Assembly: GCA_030141605.1 (NCBI GenBank)
Contig: JAQGDQ010000009.1
Coordinates: 186,001-250,000, forward strand
Reading direction: 5' to 3'
From: Tubiluchus corallicola
Lineage: Eukaryota; Animalia; Priapulida
Length of the DNA: 64,000 nucleotides
Position 1 is the stretch's first letter; every line of letters begins with the position of its first letter. The position numbers and the translations under genes are program-made. The notes below the pieces were generated by a model. That model was not told the origin of the DNA, did no database searches, and saw only the letters and a list, made by a program, of their open reading frames with translations. This document shows positions 50,401-62,914 of this stretch, piece by piece.

Positions 50401-53400
50401 TGAACTCGGAATGACGGGTCAATTTATAAACGAAACCGGAGAATGGGATTTAAACATTGGTGTGAAGAATAGCGCCTCAAATTTTACTAGAACAAGTAAG
50501 TAACCTAGCTGCTATTATTTGCTATTAACCTGGAATTTTGTATGTAGCATTGCCATTTGTAGGAGAGTCCTATAATTATAAAAATAACACTTAAGCAAAG
50601 ACATAAATTTTATTCCAATACGAACATCTACTCGTCTGTAACGTTTCGTCCAAAACATTATCATGGTTATGCAACAATCCACCTAATGAAATATATAGTG
50701 TATGAAAATCTCAGAAATTCACATTGTGATTTCCTTTGCTTTTCACAATGTGGATTTTTGTAATTTTTATACATTTTCGCTATATTTTTACTAGGTGGGT
50801 TGTTGCGCGATCATGGCCATTGCAGGTGAGCTCAGTTGAGGTGGTGTTTGTGTTGGAATAAAAGCCATGTCTTTGCTTTAGTTGGGTGTTGGCTGTTATT
50901 TTCATTTTAACAATCGATTACTTTGTAATTTCGCATATTAATCGTACCAATTTCATGTTATTAAGTTCTTGGAGTCTGATCACGCCGTAGATAAAAAGAG
51001 ACTTATCAGTTATATGCACAATTTGGTATCTTCATTATTACGTGGATTACTGTTTGGCATAATTAACAGTATTTTAAAATATTTCAGAATTTCATTGTAT
51101 AAAGCTTAGAATTTCGTGTTTAATTTAGTTTTGTACGTAGGTGTGAAAGCTGATCGCTGGCACCATTTTGTAATGACCACAAATGGTCACAGAGGCGCAG
51201 AAAAGTTTTACGTCGACGGTCTTGAAGTTCCAAGTAAGTTTTGAGTTCCAATGATTTAACTGAAATGCCTAAAGTGGCGTTTATGTAGCATGCGTATGCG
51301 TTTTCCACTTTCGGAACAGTCTGCGAAGTAGCCTGCGGAAAAGATCAATAGGAAATAGCTGCAGAAAAACAATAACGCATACGCAGGCTGCATAAATGCG
51401 TGCATTGAAAACAATATAAACCGATTTTACCTATTCCTCACCCCCTCCTCCCAAAAAGCATCCGCAGCCGGACGCTGGGTAAACGCCACTTACATTTCTA
51501 TTTTTACTAGGCAATGGAAAACAATGTATAACTAGTTGACGATGTTTCTGATGTGGTCAAAAACTGAAGGTTTTGCAAACGACAGTTACAGAATTAGGCA
51601 TTGAAATGACTTTGGTCTTGTTTGAATGTCATAATTTTGATTTAACTGAATTCGCATTGCTAAATTACGTAAAAATTGCACTTCAAAATGAAATTGAAAC
51701 TTGTAAGCTTTTCTACCAGTGACCTGTCGGCCATAGGTCATCCAATTACCTGTCAGCTTATGTCATTCAATTTAACTCACACGAGATCTTTCAATTGCTA
51801 TGTACTACAGTCTACTGTCACTTGACCCTGGAAGCATTTGTCACATTGACCCCTATTTTACCCCTGCGGGGTTTGTAGGTCAATCAATCTCAATGCAGCT
51901 TATACCATTTCATTTGTCTCATTAGGACCTTTTACTTGATATGTTATGCCATGTTGCTCGACTTTCCAGGCATTTCTGGTCCCCGCCCCCCAGTTTTCTG
52001 TCTTTGCCCCTAGCAGACTCTCCATGACATTTGACACATACAAACATAGTTCCTTTTACCCAGAGAGTGCACCCTCTGAGTTTTGTGTCACTAGCGCTCT
52101 ACGACTAAAAGGTCACTATTACCCCGGATTTTTGCTTTTGGTCTGTCTCTTCTTCTTTAGTCGGTCTCTACTTTAAAACCACACGCTGTAAATTTTGTGA
52201 CCCCAGCTTGCAAGTCCAATGGGCTTGTAAACCTGTTTAAGCGAAATATTTCTATTTCAGCGAAATAAGGGAGACTTAATGCAGAAATAACTATGAGAAT
52301 CAAGAAGATTTTGCTATTGCTATTGCAAAATCTTAATTAACAATGCCTAATTACTTCGCCATGCCTAGGATTTACGTTTGAACAAATTTATTTTCTCACT
52401 AAAGTGCATTCACTTTTTTTGAATTATAATTACCAAAATTCTAAGAAATGATATAAAATCAAGGAATAATATACAAAATGATTCGAAATATAAATTTCAG
52501 TTTTGTGAATACCTACCAAGCCCCATTCTAAACGAAAAACTGTGCAAAATTCGTAGCTCAAGTACTTGTAAACAACTAGGTTGCTTTTACAGTAAACTAC
52601 AACGTACTTAACATTATAATTATATATTTATTTTGTTGTACTCTATAAAAAAATCATAGCTTCACTTGTTTGTGTTCTTTTTCACTTTGACTCTGATGCT
52701 ACTAGTTGTGAAATTCCTTGGCAACTTGAAGATGATTAATCTTGGATAATTATTCAAGACACGACTCTAATGCTACTAGCTGTCAAATTCCTTGGTAACT
52801 TGAAGATGTATAACGCATATTAATTTTCATGGGTTTTTACACAAAGCTTTTTCAAAATTTTGTTAGCGCTCTCAGGCAGTAAGGAAATCCCCGTCATTAG
52901 TCATTCATCTCCTGACATGTAACATTAGACTGGCATTACAAACGCGTTAGTGAGATGTAATGGGCCGGATTGGGAAAAACTTTTTTCAAAATCACCTGGG
53001 ATCATGTTAGTATTTATGACACTCGATAAAATTAAGACAGAGCGGGGTTTTCTCAACTGAACTATGATCTCAACAAACACGGTTGCAAGGATACCATTGG
53101 TAATACTGTCAGTCCTAATTGTATGTGCGGCTGTAATTATGAAAATGTTAAGCATTATATGTTGTAATATCCGTTGCACGCCGGGATCGGGGGGGGGGGG
53201 GCGCTCGAGCGAAGTTCATTTAACCTGTATAATTCAAATTTCCTCCCACTTAATATTAGTGAATTAAACATGGAATCTAAAATCCACACTTTATTATATG
53301 GTAACTGACTTTTCAATCTTGACCAAAATAAAACTATTTTTGATTTAACGCAGGAATTAATGAAAACTTCAAGCGGAATCAGTAAACGTTAATTTAACAT

Positions 53401-55929
53401 TTTGCATTTCATGTACTGTCATGACTAAAACATAGGTATCTATATTTAATCATTAATGCCACAACTTTGTAATAGAGTACTTACTAATTCCTAAGGTATG
53501 CTAATCAGTTTTGTTCTGTATATCAAAGTGACGGAAAATAAATATGTCTATAAAAAAATCAAGACAGTGGTCAAACTTTTTAGTCTTATGATTAGTGGAG
53601 TACGTTCTGTCTTCCGAAAGAATGTGATATTTTGCACAGTGTGCAAATACATTACCCACTATCGTGTTTGTTTTCTCGGCTCTTTCTTATTATACATGGC
53701 TAGGTTTTGGCGCGTTATTGGACGCTCTTTGCCCAAATCGGAAAGTATTTGATTTCCAGATCACTTACACGAATTTTAAATGAACTACTAGTTGACGATG
53801 ATTCTGACATGGTCGGAAACTGAAGATTCTGCAAATAATAGATATGGAATTAAATTTTGAAATGTCGTTTAGCCTTTTGTTTGAAAGTCATATCGATTTA
53901 ATTGAATTTGCGTTGCTTGATTACCCAGGAACTGCATTGTACAATAAAATTGCAACGTTTCCGCCTGTAATCCGTTGTTGCAGTGAAAAACTGAATTCCG
54001 TAAAATCGTTTGCTTAATGGTATCCATCGATGTCTTTATTTCTATTAATAAACAAAATTACATTCACTTTATGATATGGCTAACTCATTGATAATTTATG
54101 ATCTTTAAAATTTATGATCTCTAAGCAGTACTTATACTTATACAAAAAATTACTTTAAAATTTGTGTTACAAATTCATCAAAATTAAATAACAATAAACA
54201 AAAATTAACAAAACAAGCATCAGATGACTTTAAAAGACAAACGGAACATTGTACTTATCAAATCTGTTTTTTTCAATTTCTTGGTCATGTTTAAGATAAT
54301 AATTAACATACTTAAACAATGATAATCGATACTTACATCGTTGCGGCTATGATTCAATTAGGTAAGTATAGCAAATCTCCAGCAAGTTTTAACCTAAGAT
54401 CTTAGAAAGATTAACAACATATCATCATTTCTAGTCTAGAACGCATCGGTGTAAACGTGACAGTCTGACTACGCCAACTCGCCTGGCCAACCAGGTGAAA
54501 ACAGGTGGCAGCAGCTAACAAAAACGGTTATTTTCTGCTATTAAAGAAAAGGAAACAAATGTTCTCTTAATGCACAGGGGCTGCCACACCGTGTGTCAAA
54601 GGTCAACCAATCTCCTGTCAACTTATACCATTTAATTCATCTCATTGAGACGTTACATTTCATGTTCTACAAGCTCGTTCACTTAACACTGGAAGCAGTT
54701 GTGTCCGCCACCCTATTGGGGTCAGATGTCAACCAATCTCGATGTAACTTATACCATTCCATTCATCTAACCGAGACATTCATTTGACATGCTACAAGGC
54801 ACTGATGCTCAACACTCGATGCATTTCTGTTCCAAACCCTAATTTTCAGTTTTTGGCCCCTAGCGGAAAATTTTTCGTGCGCCAATGCCCCGTATTCAGT
54901 GATAAACTAGTCTAGCCACTCATGTAGCCACTTCCAAAAATTGTAGCGTAGCTCGAAAACTATAGGACCAGGTTGTGCCTAAAGAAAAATAAATGAAGAC
55001 CTGCCCCCGAGCTTCATGACTTTTGATCCGACATTCTCGGGTCACATATAAACACAGATCGCTTTGCCTTGGATGTGTGCTTTGGGTTTGTGTCCCCAGC
55101 CCTCTGCATATAAAAGGTCACCAAAAATGGGTACCACGAGTTTACATTTTAGTCCCCCTCTCGGACGTTTAAAGCTTCTCGCCTTTTTTAAACCCCAGAT
55201 GCACATCTAATCTACAGTGCAAAAATACTTGCGAAAAAAACTTTTCAAGAAACCAAAACCTTAGCAGTTATGTCATAATTGTAAAATTGACCAACGTCAA
55301 TTATCCCACTTCCCTTCACCCCTTGGCCAGAGGTCAGCGATCAACATACTGCTTCCCCCCACCAGCCAGAGCGAATATTGAACCCAAGCTGTCATGAATC
55401 ATTCACTAATCAGCCTTGGCGTTTGTTAACTTCGGTTACAAAACATTTATTGTAACCACTCTACTGTTTACCTGATCTCAAATCATTTGGTAGCACATTA
55501 TAGCTAAGATTGGACAGTTATGACTTTTGTAATATAAAAGTACAATTTAGAATTAGGTCAGTTTTGATACATAAAATGAATATAAGATAAAGGCAGTTGT
55601 AAGCAAGGAGTGACCAGGACTATTGTCGCACCATCTAGAGCTAGGCTCAATAAAAGTTATAAACTGATTTACTTTATTCAGGATATGCACAATTGGAAGG
55701 ACAAACGTTAGCGATAGCAAGCAAGTTTCTGCACTATGGCAGCAGCGTGTGGTCGATCTCTAGTTACAAGGATCAAACTCTTGGACGAAGTCGAGTGGAC
55801 TTTGTAGATGAATTTTTGCTGAAGAACTGCGCCTTAGGACCCGATGAAGTCTTGAGAATGTACGCCGCGTACGCACGAGAAATCTTGAACAATTCAGAAC
55901 AATCCAGTCGATTAAAGAGCGCTGTGTAG
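45108..55929 (+). CDS. Secreted coiled-coil + LamG/concanavalin A-like (Laminin_G_3, pentraxin-like fold) protein, about 376-391 aa, spliced
   Basis: Exons joined by phase-1 GT-AG introns: 45108-45483 (signal MKWRTPLYVMVLMFLLSVKCA, acidic tract, coiled coil, CHCHC); optional 45616-45660; 49669-49962 (IAYFPFDGN...GVKHQALEL...LTISLW); 50376-50495; 51141-51233 (DRWHHFVMT...FYVDG); 55682-55929 (FVDEFLLKNCALGPDEVLRMY, stop). These motifs occur in canonical LamG_3 order. Additional exons cannot be excluded. Confidence 0.82.
47430..47493. repeat. (CT)n microsatellite
   Basis: Directly visible. Confidence 0.97.
50592..50880. mobile_element. Fold-back (palindromic) MITE in a LamG-gene intron
   Basis: Nested inverted arms: AAGCAAAGACAT/ATGTCTTTGCTT, TTTTATTCCAA/TTGGAATAAAA, GCAACAATCCACCTA/TAGGTGGGTTGTTGC, CACATTGTGA/TCACAATGTG around a short loop near 50735. 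Confidence 0.7.
51272..51491. mobile_element. MITE with 12-bp TIRs (possibly PIF/Tourist-like)
   Basis: AAGTGGCGTTTA ... TAAACGCCACTT with internal GCGTATGCG/CGCATACGC inverted repeat; TSD unclear. Confidence 0.6.
51531..52010 (+). repeat. Interspersed repeat, copy 1
   Basis: ACTAGTTGACGATGTTTCTGATGTGGTCAAAAACTGAAG... aligns by eye with 53787-53957. GGTCAATCAATCTC...CTTATACCATT aligns with 54601 and 54728. Confidence 0.65.
53787..54866 (+). repeat. Interspersed repeat, copy 2 (interrupted, with an internal tandem duplication of about 126 bp)
   Basis: ACTAGTTGACGATGATTCTGACATGGTCGGAAACTGAAG at 53787; GTCAACCAATCTC...AACTTATACCATT occurs at 54602 and 54728; shares a GCCCCTAGC end with copy 1. 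Confidence 0.6.
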
Positions 55930-56159
55930 AGAAAACTATAGACGCTAACATTTAATGTAAATAATTATTTTTAAATATCTTGTAAATTAAGGTTCATTTG
56001 GAAAAATTTGTAAATATGGGCTGAGAAATCGTAACGAGGTCAAAGTAAAGTTCTTACTTTGGCTAATGTCAGTTAATGTTCAGACGATTGTTTAGTATTA
56101 TTGAAATAAAAACATTTATAACTTTGTCATTTATAATTTTTGTCATTTTAGTACTTTGT

Positions 56160-56162
<3 letters not shown>

Positions 56163-56228
<66 letters not shown>
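56163..56228. repeat. (TC)n microsatellite
   Basis: Directly visible. Confidence 0.97.
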
Positions 56229-56233
<5 letters not shown>

Positions 56234-57208
56234 TTCTCTCTCTCAATCTTTCTCTCTTGCTCTCTTTTTCTCATTCAATTATTCACTCACCTTCGTCTCT
56301 TTCTGTCTCTCTTATCCACATTTAATTTCTCTTCTTCCTCATCAGTGGTAATTAAATAAACTCGCACAACGTTTTAAACTTTTGATTTTATTATAATATA
56401 CAAATAAAACGACAAAATATCAGAAAACACTCTACAATCAGTAATAACAACTTTGTTTATATTTACACTACTTTACAAAAAATATACTTCTGCGAGCAAC
56501 ACTTAAAGTAGAACATCTAGCAATATACCCAACATAGTTATTTGTTTGCTATTAGACAACAAGTTTTTAAACTATCGTTTTCATGCAGCATAATAACCAG
56601 TTTTGAAGTATCCTATTTGCTAATATCGCGTTTTTGCGCATGCGTGTCAAGAGGTGTGGTGTTTTCCTTAATGCACAACTATACTCATATCTAACAGAGC
56701 AACTATGCTAAGTTGTTGGTCTGAATTGTCACAAATAGCTATAATATCTAAAGCCTATGATATGACCAAAACCAAAGCGTCCAGCGTCCAACGATCAGCA
56801 TCTGTAACGTTTACTGTGTGGTACAACAAAGCGCCTGGTGTCCAGTCTTCATTTTTGGCACCTAAACAAAATGGTCGATAGTCAAATTCATTTTTGCATT
56901 GCTTTCTTTTTTCGACGCTTATTGCATAACATTGCGCAGGCCCTGTCGTTTTTGGTTGGTTGAGGAACAGGCGCTGAACGCCGGACTCCAGACCATCAAA
57001 AATATTATAAATTTTTTGTTTTCCGGCATCTGGCTTCTAGCGTCCGCTGCCAAAATCTTTGGTTTTATCTCATAGACAATGTACATGATTTTGTTCTCTC
57101 TTTCAGACGCCAGAACGTTGGGCGCTTTAGTGTTGACAAATGCGTCATTGGCTTTAGATGCTTATGTCATCTTGACTTATGTAATGTATTAGCCAAACAT
57201 GAATATCT

Positions 57209-59053
57209 TTAATCGTTATTATTATTATTACTGCCATGACTATAATCGGGAATGCTATTTCTATTTTCTCCACTAGATGTCGCATTGAACTCTGCTGATC
57301 TGTGGTTAGTAATAACCAACGTCCCACCGGCTGTTTGGTCCTGCGCCACATTGCCCGGTTGACTAATTTTACTGATTCTATTTCTCGGCCGACCTGTCGA
57401 TGGTTGGTACTTTGCGTCAGAAATGCTACTGAAAGGACCGTTCATCGTATGTGGCAGAGGGCTGCGACTTTTGCTTATTGAGCCAATGGTGATAGAATGC
57501 ACCTCTGGAGGAGGCATCATTTCTTTATTGGTACTGATGTTAGGAATTGGTAACAGTTTCGGATCTTCTTTGTTTCGATTTGCTTTGTTTTTTCTTGTAG
57601 GTTGGCCCGCGTTTAAATCAATTATAGTAATAGAAGGCGTAGATTTTAACGGTGGTCTGCTTTTCTTCGTGTTAGAGCCGGTATTCTGTTTCTGTCCTGC
57701 ACCACGTTTTTGAATTTCTGCAGTATCTGAAACTTTGCTAATGGCACTGACTACACTAGAAGGACGTCGATCAAAACTTGACGTTGTGGGAGTGGAAGAA
57801 AGCGTAGTGATGCTCTGATTTCTACTGGGTTCGGTTTGAGCAAAGGGAGACTGTGAGATTGGTCGCAGTACTTCAGGAGACCTGCTTTCGCTACTGGCTC
57901 GACTTCTTGAATTCGGAATGCTTTTGTTGACAATAGAGGCTGGGCTGCTGATGCTTTTCGAAAGAACCCTTGATTGCAAGTTATCTTCAGAACTCACAGT
58001 TCTTTTCTTTGTGATCACAAATGCGCCATCTTTAAAAATCTTGGATCCCTTCTTGTAGTTAACATCGTTTTGTAAAAGCAAAGAACTTTTTCGTCTATCT
58101 TTAATAATATCCAACAAATTATCCTCCTTAATTTCGCTTGACGAAGAAAGTTCTTCTTTAGCATCTGCATCCAGCAGCCTCATCTCAGCCTCTGATTCTG
58201 ATTCACCCGATTCTGCAGACGGAGCAGCTTCCGATATACTCGTGAAAAACAAATTCTCTTTATTGAATGAATGTTTGCTAAAATACGTCGACAGATATCG
58301 ACTTCTTGGTGGAATAAAATAGCCAAATGTGTCTGATACCCATACAAACTCGTCATACACCATAGGGTCACTGTCATCGAGTGAACTAAACCATTTAAAG
58401 TTATCTTCATTGTGTCCTGCTCCACCGTCCTCACTGCTAGAAGCCGAATTTCCGAGGCCGGATTTTCCAGACATCGAAGCAGTAGCGATGCCATGTTTCG
58501 GTGGACTAGGGCTTCTTAAAGGACTAGGAGATTGGTTCCAAATAGGAGATCTAGTTACATCTCTGTCTAGGCACCTGCAGTCTGCAAGGTTTTTCCTACA
58601 GTTTGTACATTCGAAGAAATCGTCCATGTCCACCGTAATCTGAGGCATAATGACAGTTCTCGTGTTTCCTTTCTCATCACGAACGGCATAATGCTTACTG
58701 ATTGATTCCCTGCTGTCTTTTATACCTGACAGAGTATCATCATCCTCTCTATCATCGTGGTTTAATCGAATGTCATCCTGGCGTAGAAGTTTTGACTTGC
58801 TCCTACCAATAACTGCTGAAGTAGTTTTACTGTTTGCGTACCTTTCGCTGCCATCGCCGTTGCTTTTACGGGTAGCGCCATTAGGTGTTTTCGTGTTGTT
58901 CGTTTTCGCATAGGTCGTCACCTTGCCGGCAACACTGGATTGCATTTCGTTTAGTTTCGGCAGTGGTGCCATATTTGGAATTTCGTGAGTTGCGCTGATG
59001 TCACTGAGCGTATGTCGTCTACGCTGAGACATGACCAATGATTTCTCTGTCAT
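57209..59053 (-). CDS. Uncharacterised 614-aa Ser/Arg-rich, predicted intrinsically disordered protein
   Basis: 1845-nt ORF that is GC-richer than its flanks, with an in-frame TGA just upstream of the ATG. A tgtttcag acceptor at 59240 suggests a 5' UTR intron; minus-strand AATAAA at 56387-56392. No recognisable domain; small Cys cluster CTNCRKNLADCRC. Confidence 0.75.
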   Translation of the reverse strand: MTEKSLVMSQRRRHTLSDISATHEIPNMAPLPKLNEMQSSVAGKVTTYAKTNNTKTPNGATRKSNGDGSERYANSKTTSAVIGRSKSKLLRQDDIRLNHDDREDDDTLSGIKDSRESISKHYAVRDEKGNTRTVIMPQITVDMDDFFECTNCRKNLADCRCLDRDVTRSPIWNQSPSPLRSPSPPKHGIATASMSGKSGLGNSASSSEDGGAGHNEDNFKWFSSLDDSDPMVYDEFVWVSDTFGYFIPPRSRYLSTYFSKHSFNKENLFFTSISEAAPSAESGESESEAEMRLLDADAKEELSSSSEIKEDNLLDIIKDRRKSSLLLQNDVNYKKGSKIFKDGAFVITKKRTVSSEDNLQSRVLSKSISSPASIVNKSIPNSRSRASSESRSPEVLRPISQSPFAQTEPSRNQSITTLSSTPTTSSFDRRPSSVVSAISKVSDTAEIQKRGAGQKQNTGSNTKKSRPPLKSTPSITIIDLNAGQPTRKNKANRNKEDPKLLPIPNISTNKEMMPPPEVHSITIGSISKSRSPLPHTMNGPFSSISDAKYQPSTGRPRNRISKISQPGNVAQDQTAGGTLVITNHRSAEFNATSSGENRNSIPDYSHGSNNNNND

Positions 59054-60183
59054 TTTACTTCACTCGCTATTCGCATTTAAAACCTTTTCATCCTTTGATG
59101 TCGCGTTCCTTCAAGTACGTGCAATTGAAAATTCCAGTAAAACGTGTAGGGGTAATCTTAGACGGCCAATTACACTTTTCGCTGAAAATTTCTCTTTCTC
59201 TGCACATTGCGTCAAACTCGTAAATTGATCGTGAAGAAACTGAAACAGAACAAACGGATATTTAATTATGGCTTCAATAGTTAGAAAACAACAAGTGCGC
59301 TAACACCCAGTACGTTACGAACGCTTGGTCCAATTACCATTATTGGACTGAACATACACCATGCTATCATGAAATGGGATGCAGAATTGGGTAAACTTTG
59401 TAAGAAAATGTGTAACCGAATTCAATGACACCAAAAACGCTTTATCATCGCTGTCAAAATCAACGGTAGATTCAGTCAACACTAAACAAATTAAATTAAT
59501 AATTTAACTCATTTATGAAAATAAAAAAGGCAGATTAGTAGCGCGTATATTACTCCACCTTTAAATTTCATTGTGTTTAACGAAAATACTATTATTTCTA
59601 ATCTATGTTCCACGAATTACGGTTGAGAATATTTGAAATAGAGCTGAAACGTTCTTCTCATCATACATGTTAATTTGAAGTAAATAGATCTGCCAGATTT
59701 TATCAATAAGTCAATAGCTGTAATTCACCGATTTTGTATGTTTTGAACCGGGGAGATTTTTTGGGGATCTCCATGAAATGTTTAGTGGGCAAGGGGCTGT
59801 ATCACTAGCATAAAATGGTCGATATCAGTTTGTATTATATTCTCCTTTTGGCGTTGTAATAAATTTTGAAATTAAAGCTGTGGCTTGCTGTCATTGGTGT
59901 CACATACGGCTCGGCAGTTTGCAAACATTCTGACTAACCGAAGCCTCATCCCCATTTAGTGGCTTCAGTGGCTTCATTGGCTTGCAGTTTCCTCTAATTT
60001 CTAGGTAGCGATCTCTACTTAGGTGCCGGAAGTTTTCGTGTAATAGCAAACTTGATATGATTGTGGGTTTTAATGGCGCTGTTGTTGTTCGTGGTAGTGT
60101 GATGCTTATGACCGCGCGCTTTATTTTTATTGATACTGCCATAACTCTACTATTGCTCGTCTCGTCGCCGTCGTCATTGTAAT

Positions 60184-60525
<342 letters not shown>

Positions 60526-60997
60526 AATTGTCAGTTTTTGGCTCGCCATGAATTATCTTGACAGGTGCTCATGCCCTGAAGAGCGTGCAATTTGTGGAAA
60601 AAAGTCTCACACGTGCCGTTTTGCAGCTCATCAACATTTCCTATAGCATGCATGCGCGCGACTTTCTACAATTTTAAAATAACACTGTGCCCGAAGACAG
60701 TTGATTTTTCTGTGCAAATGTTATCGATTTAAGAAATCCCTGGCTTCGCCTGACTGCTTTCCAGCGGGTCCTGTGATGTGAAAATATCAGCACCTAATAA
60801 TTATTACTCAAATAACGTACCATATTGATTTGGCATTAGCCACACATAAGCGGCCTAAAAGCTAGCTTGAGAAGTAATCAGAGGAGAAAAGAGGAAAGGT
60901 GCACAAACACAACTACTTGAATTATTAATGTGCTTATGTTCCATTGTGCATTGTGCAGATAATAAATGGCACGCCGTTCGGAATTTGCCATAACCGT

Positions 60998-61529
60998 TTA
61001 AAGGAAAAGACAACTCACCTAGCGTGATGGATTTATTTCATTATTAACGCTTTCCAAAAACTGTCTCCAAAGCATAATGTAATTTATATACTACACATAA
61101 CTTTCAAGCACAGTGGGAGTCATCATTCATTTGAAAATTATGACGTAAGTGGAGGAATTCTTAACCTCGTAAGCGTATCGTGACTTTCCGTAAGCACGCG
61201 TTCCTTAAATTAATTCAAGGTTTTGCAACTTACCTAATGTTCATGCAAAAATATCACAAAATTAGCTGTCTAATTTTTTTTCAAAAACTTATTATGCTTT
61301 TAACGGAAATTAACAGTGCGCTGTTTTTTCTGTAGTTGATGAACGATGTTATAGGTGGAACAGTGGGCGTTCAAAATGGGACCCCTCAAGCGTGAAATAA
61401 TCACGACTTCAAAGTAATTTTACTAATTACACGAGGCGCTTATCAAACTTTTGTTGCTAAATCCTTCTAACATATTTCGCAAACATTGAAATAAGATTCA
61501 CTTCACAGAAGACTTGGTCTTTCTTTTAA
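60998..61529. mobile_element. TTAA-flanked MITE (Kolobok-like ends)
   Basis: Ends TTAAAGGAAAAGACAA and TTGGTCTTTCTTTTAA form an imperfect inverted repeat. Confidence 0.5.
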
Positions 61530-62274
61530 TTCAACCGGTGAATTACCCCCACTTGAATACGCTGTATTCCCGCAGTACGGATCCCAAGCAAACCATTGAC
61601 TGCCACCGTTTTTCAACTTTAATGATAGTGTCATCTAGTTTAAAACAGATTTAAGAGCTTCACGAAACCAATTTTTTTATTACACAGATTAAAACATGGT
61701 TCTTCTATAAGTGGATTAACAGTCTGCTAATTTTTTACGCCAACTGTTTTTCAGTATCTGTTTTCAACAGATTGTAAATTTCAAAAATGACAAACTCAAA
61801 AGCGATTTCGGGCACACAAAAATTAATATTTTAAGATCAACCTCATTAAATTAACATAATTAACCTTACACTTTGCTTTGAAGAAAATTGTACGACTGAT
61901 ATGTATGGAAAATAATAACAAGTCTCAAAAATGAAACACGCACAATTTTTTATTCATAACAGGGTGATAGAAGAGCTGTGTCGCTCGCTAAACGAACCTC
62001 GCTAATTATTCTGTTACTTTGTCGGCGTCAACTAGACGAGATAGCGGTTACTATATTATCCGTGATAATTGGCTTCTGCTTTAAGTTTTTCATACATCGC
62101 GCGCAAATTGATTTTGTTTTTAATGCCGTTTCAAATCAAACAATTAAAACTTTATCGCATTTCGCTAAAGCATCCAGTTACTATTTGTGTTTAATTTTAT
62201 AAAGTACAATTACTACAATAATACAATCTTAATCCTAAAAACGCACGAAAGTCATACTAAATTAGAAAGTCCGA

Positions 62275-62337
62275 AAAATTCTTGCACGTCCACTGTGACT
62301 CGAACCCAGGCCTGCCGTTTTCCGGGCAGCTATCCTA
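62275..62337 (-). mobile_element. tRNA-derived SINE-like fragment
   Basis: Minus strand GCTGCCCGGAAAACGGCAGGCCTGGGTTCGAGTCACAGTGG has an anticodon-like stem and the B box GGTTCGAGTC, but no 5' half or acceptor stem. Confidence 0.4.
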
Positions 62338-62914
62338 ATATAAATATATTTGTTGGTTATTTACAAATCTTCTAGTATTTTACAGAAAAAAGCAATTATT
62401 GTATCATCGTAATGCCTACAAGCAAGTGTAGCTGAAATCTAAAACCTACCAAGTTGAGGTGACACTCAGAACATGTAATAAATAACAAGTAGGATTTAGT
62501 TTTCCCCTTCGTAACTAAATTGTCTTGCAATGAAGGCTGACGTAATTTTCCAAACAACACTGTCTGCCTTAGGCCTATTAGAAAAGCACGCAACATTATA
62601 TTTAGGCTTTCATTCAAAATTATAGAAGACGATTTTTAACAAACAAACAAACGGCCTAACTACTTTTACTAAGACCTCAAGAGCAGAAGACGAAAAAGAA
62701 GAACAAATCCGAGAAACTATATGAAATTAAGACAGCGAAACGTTAAATCACAAAACTAGTTCATTTTTAAAAAGAATTACATTTATCCCAAAACACCGTT
62801 TACTGCAGTACTATTCCTTCTCTGTGTGGTCGTCATTTTAGGACAATGTATTAAGGCTCATTATGTAACAATGCAGCATTAAAATTATAAACAAGGATTG
62901 CTACATTATGGAGC

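Noticed and set aside
59054-59239. In-frame upstream extension of the 614-aa ORF through two TGA codons (selenoprotein or readthrough idea)
   Set aside because: No recognisable homology, redox motif or SECIS seen; best explained as 5' UTR.
62275-62345. tRNA gene
   Set aside because: Only the B box and 3' half are present, with no D arm or acceptor stem; treated as a SINE fragment.
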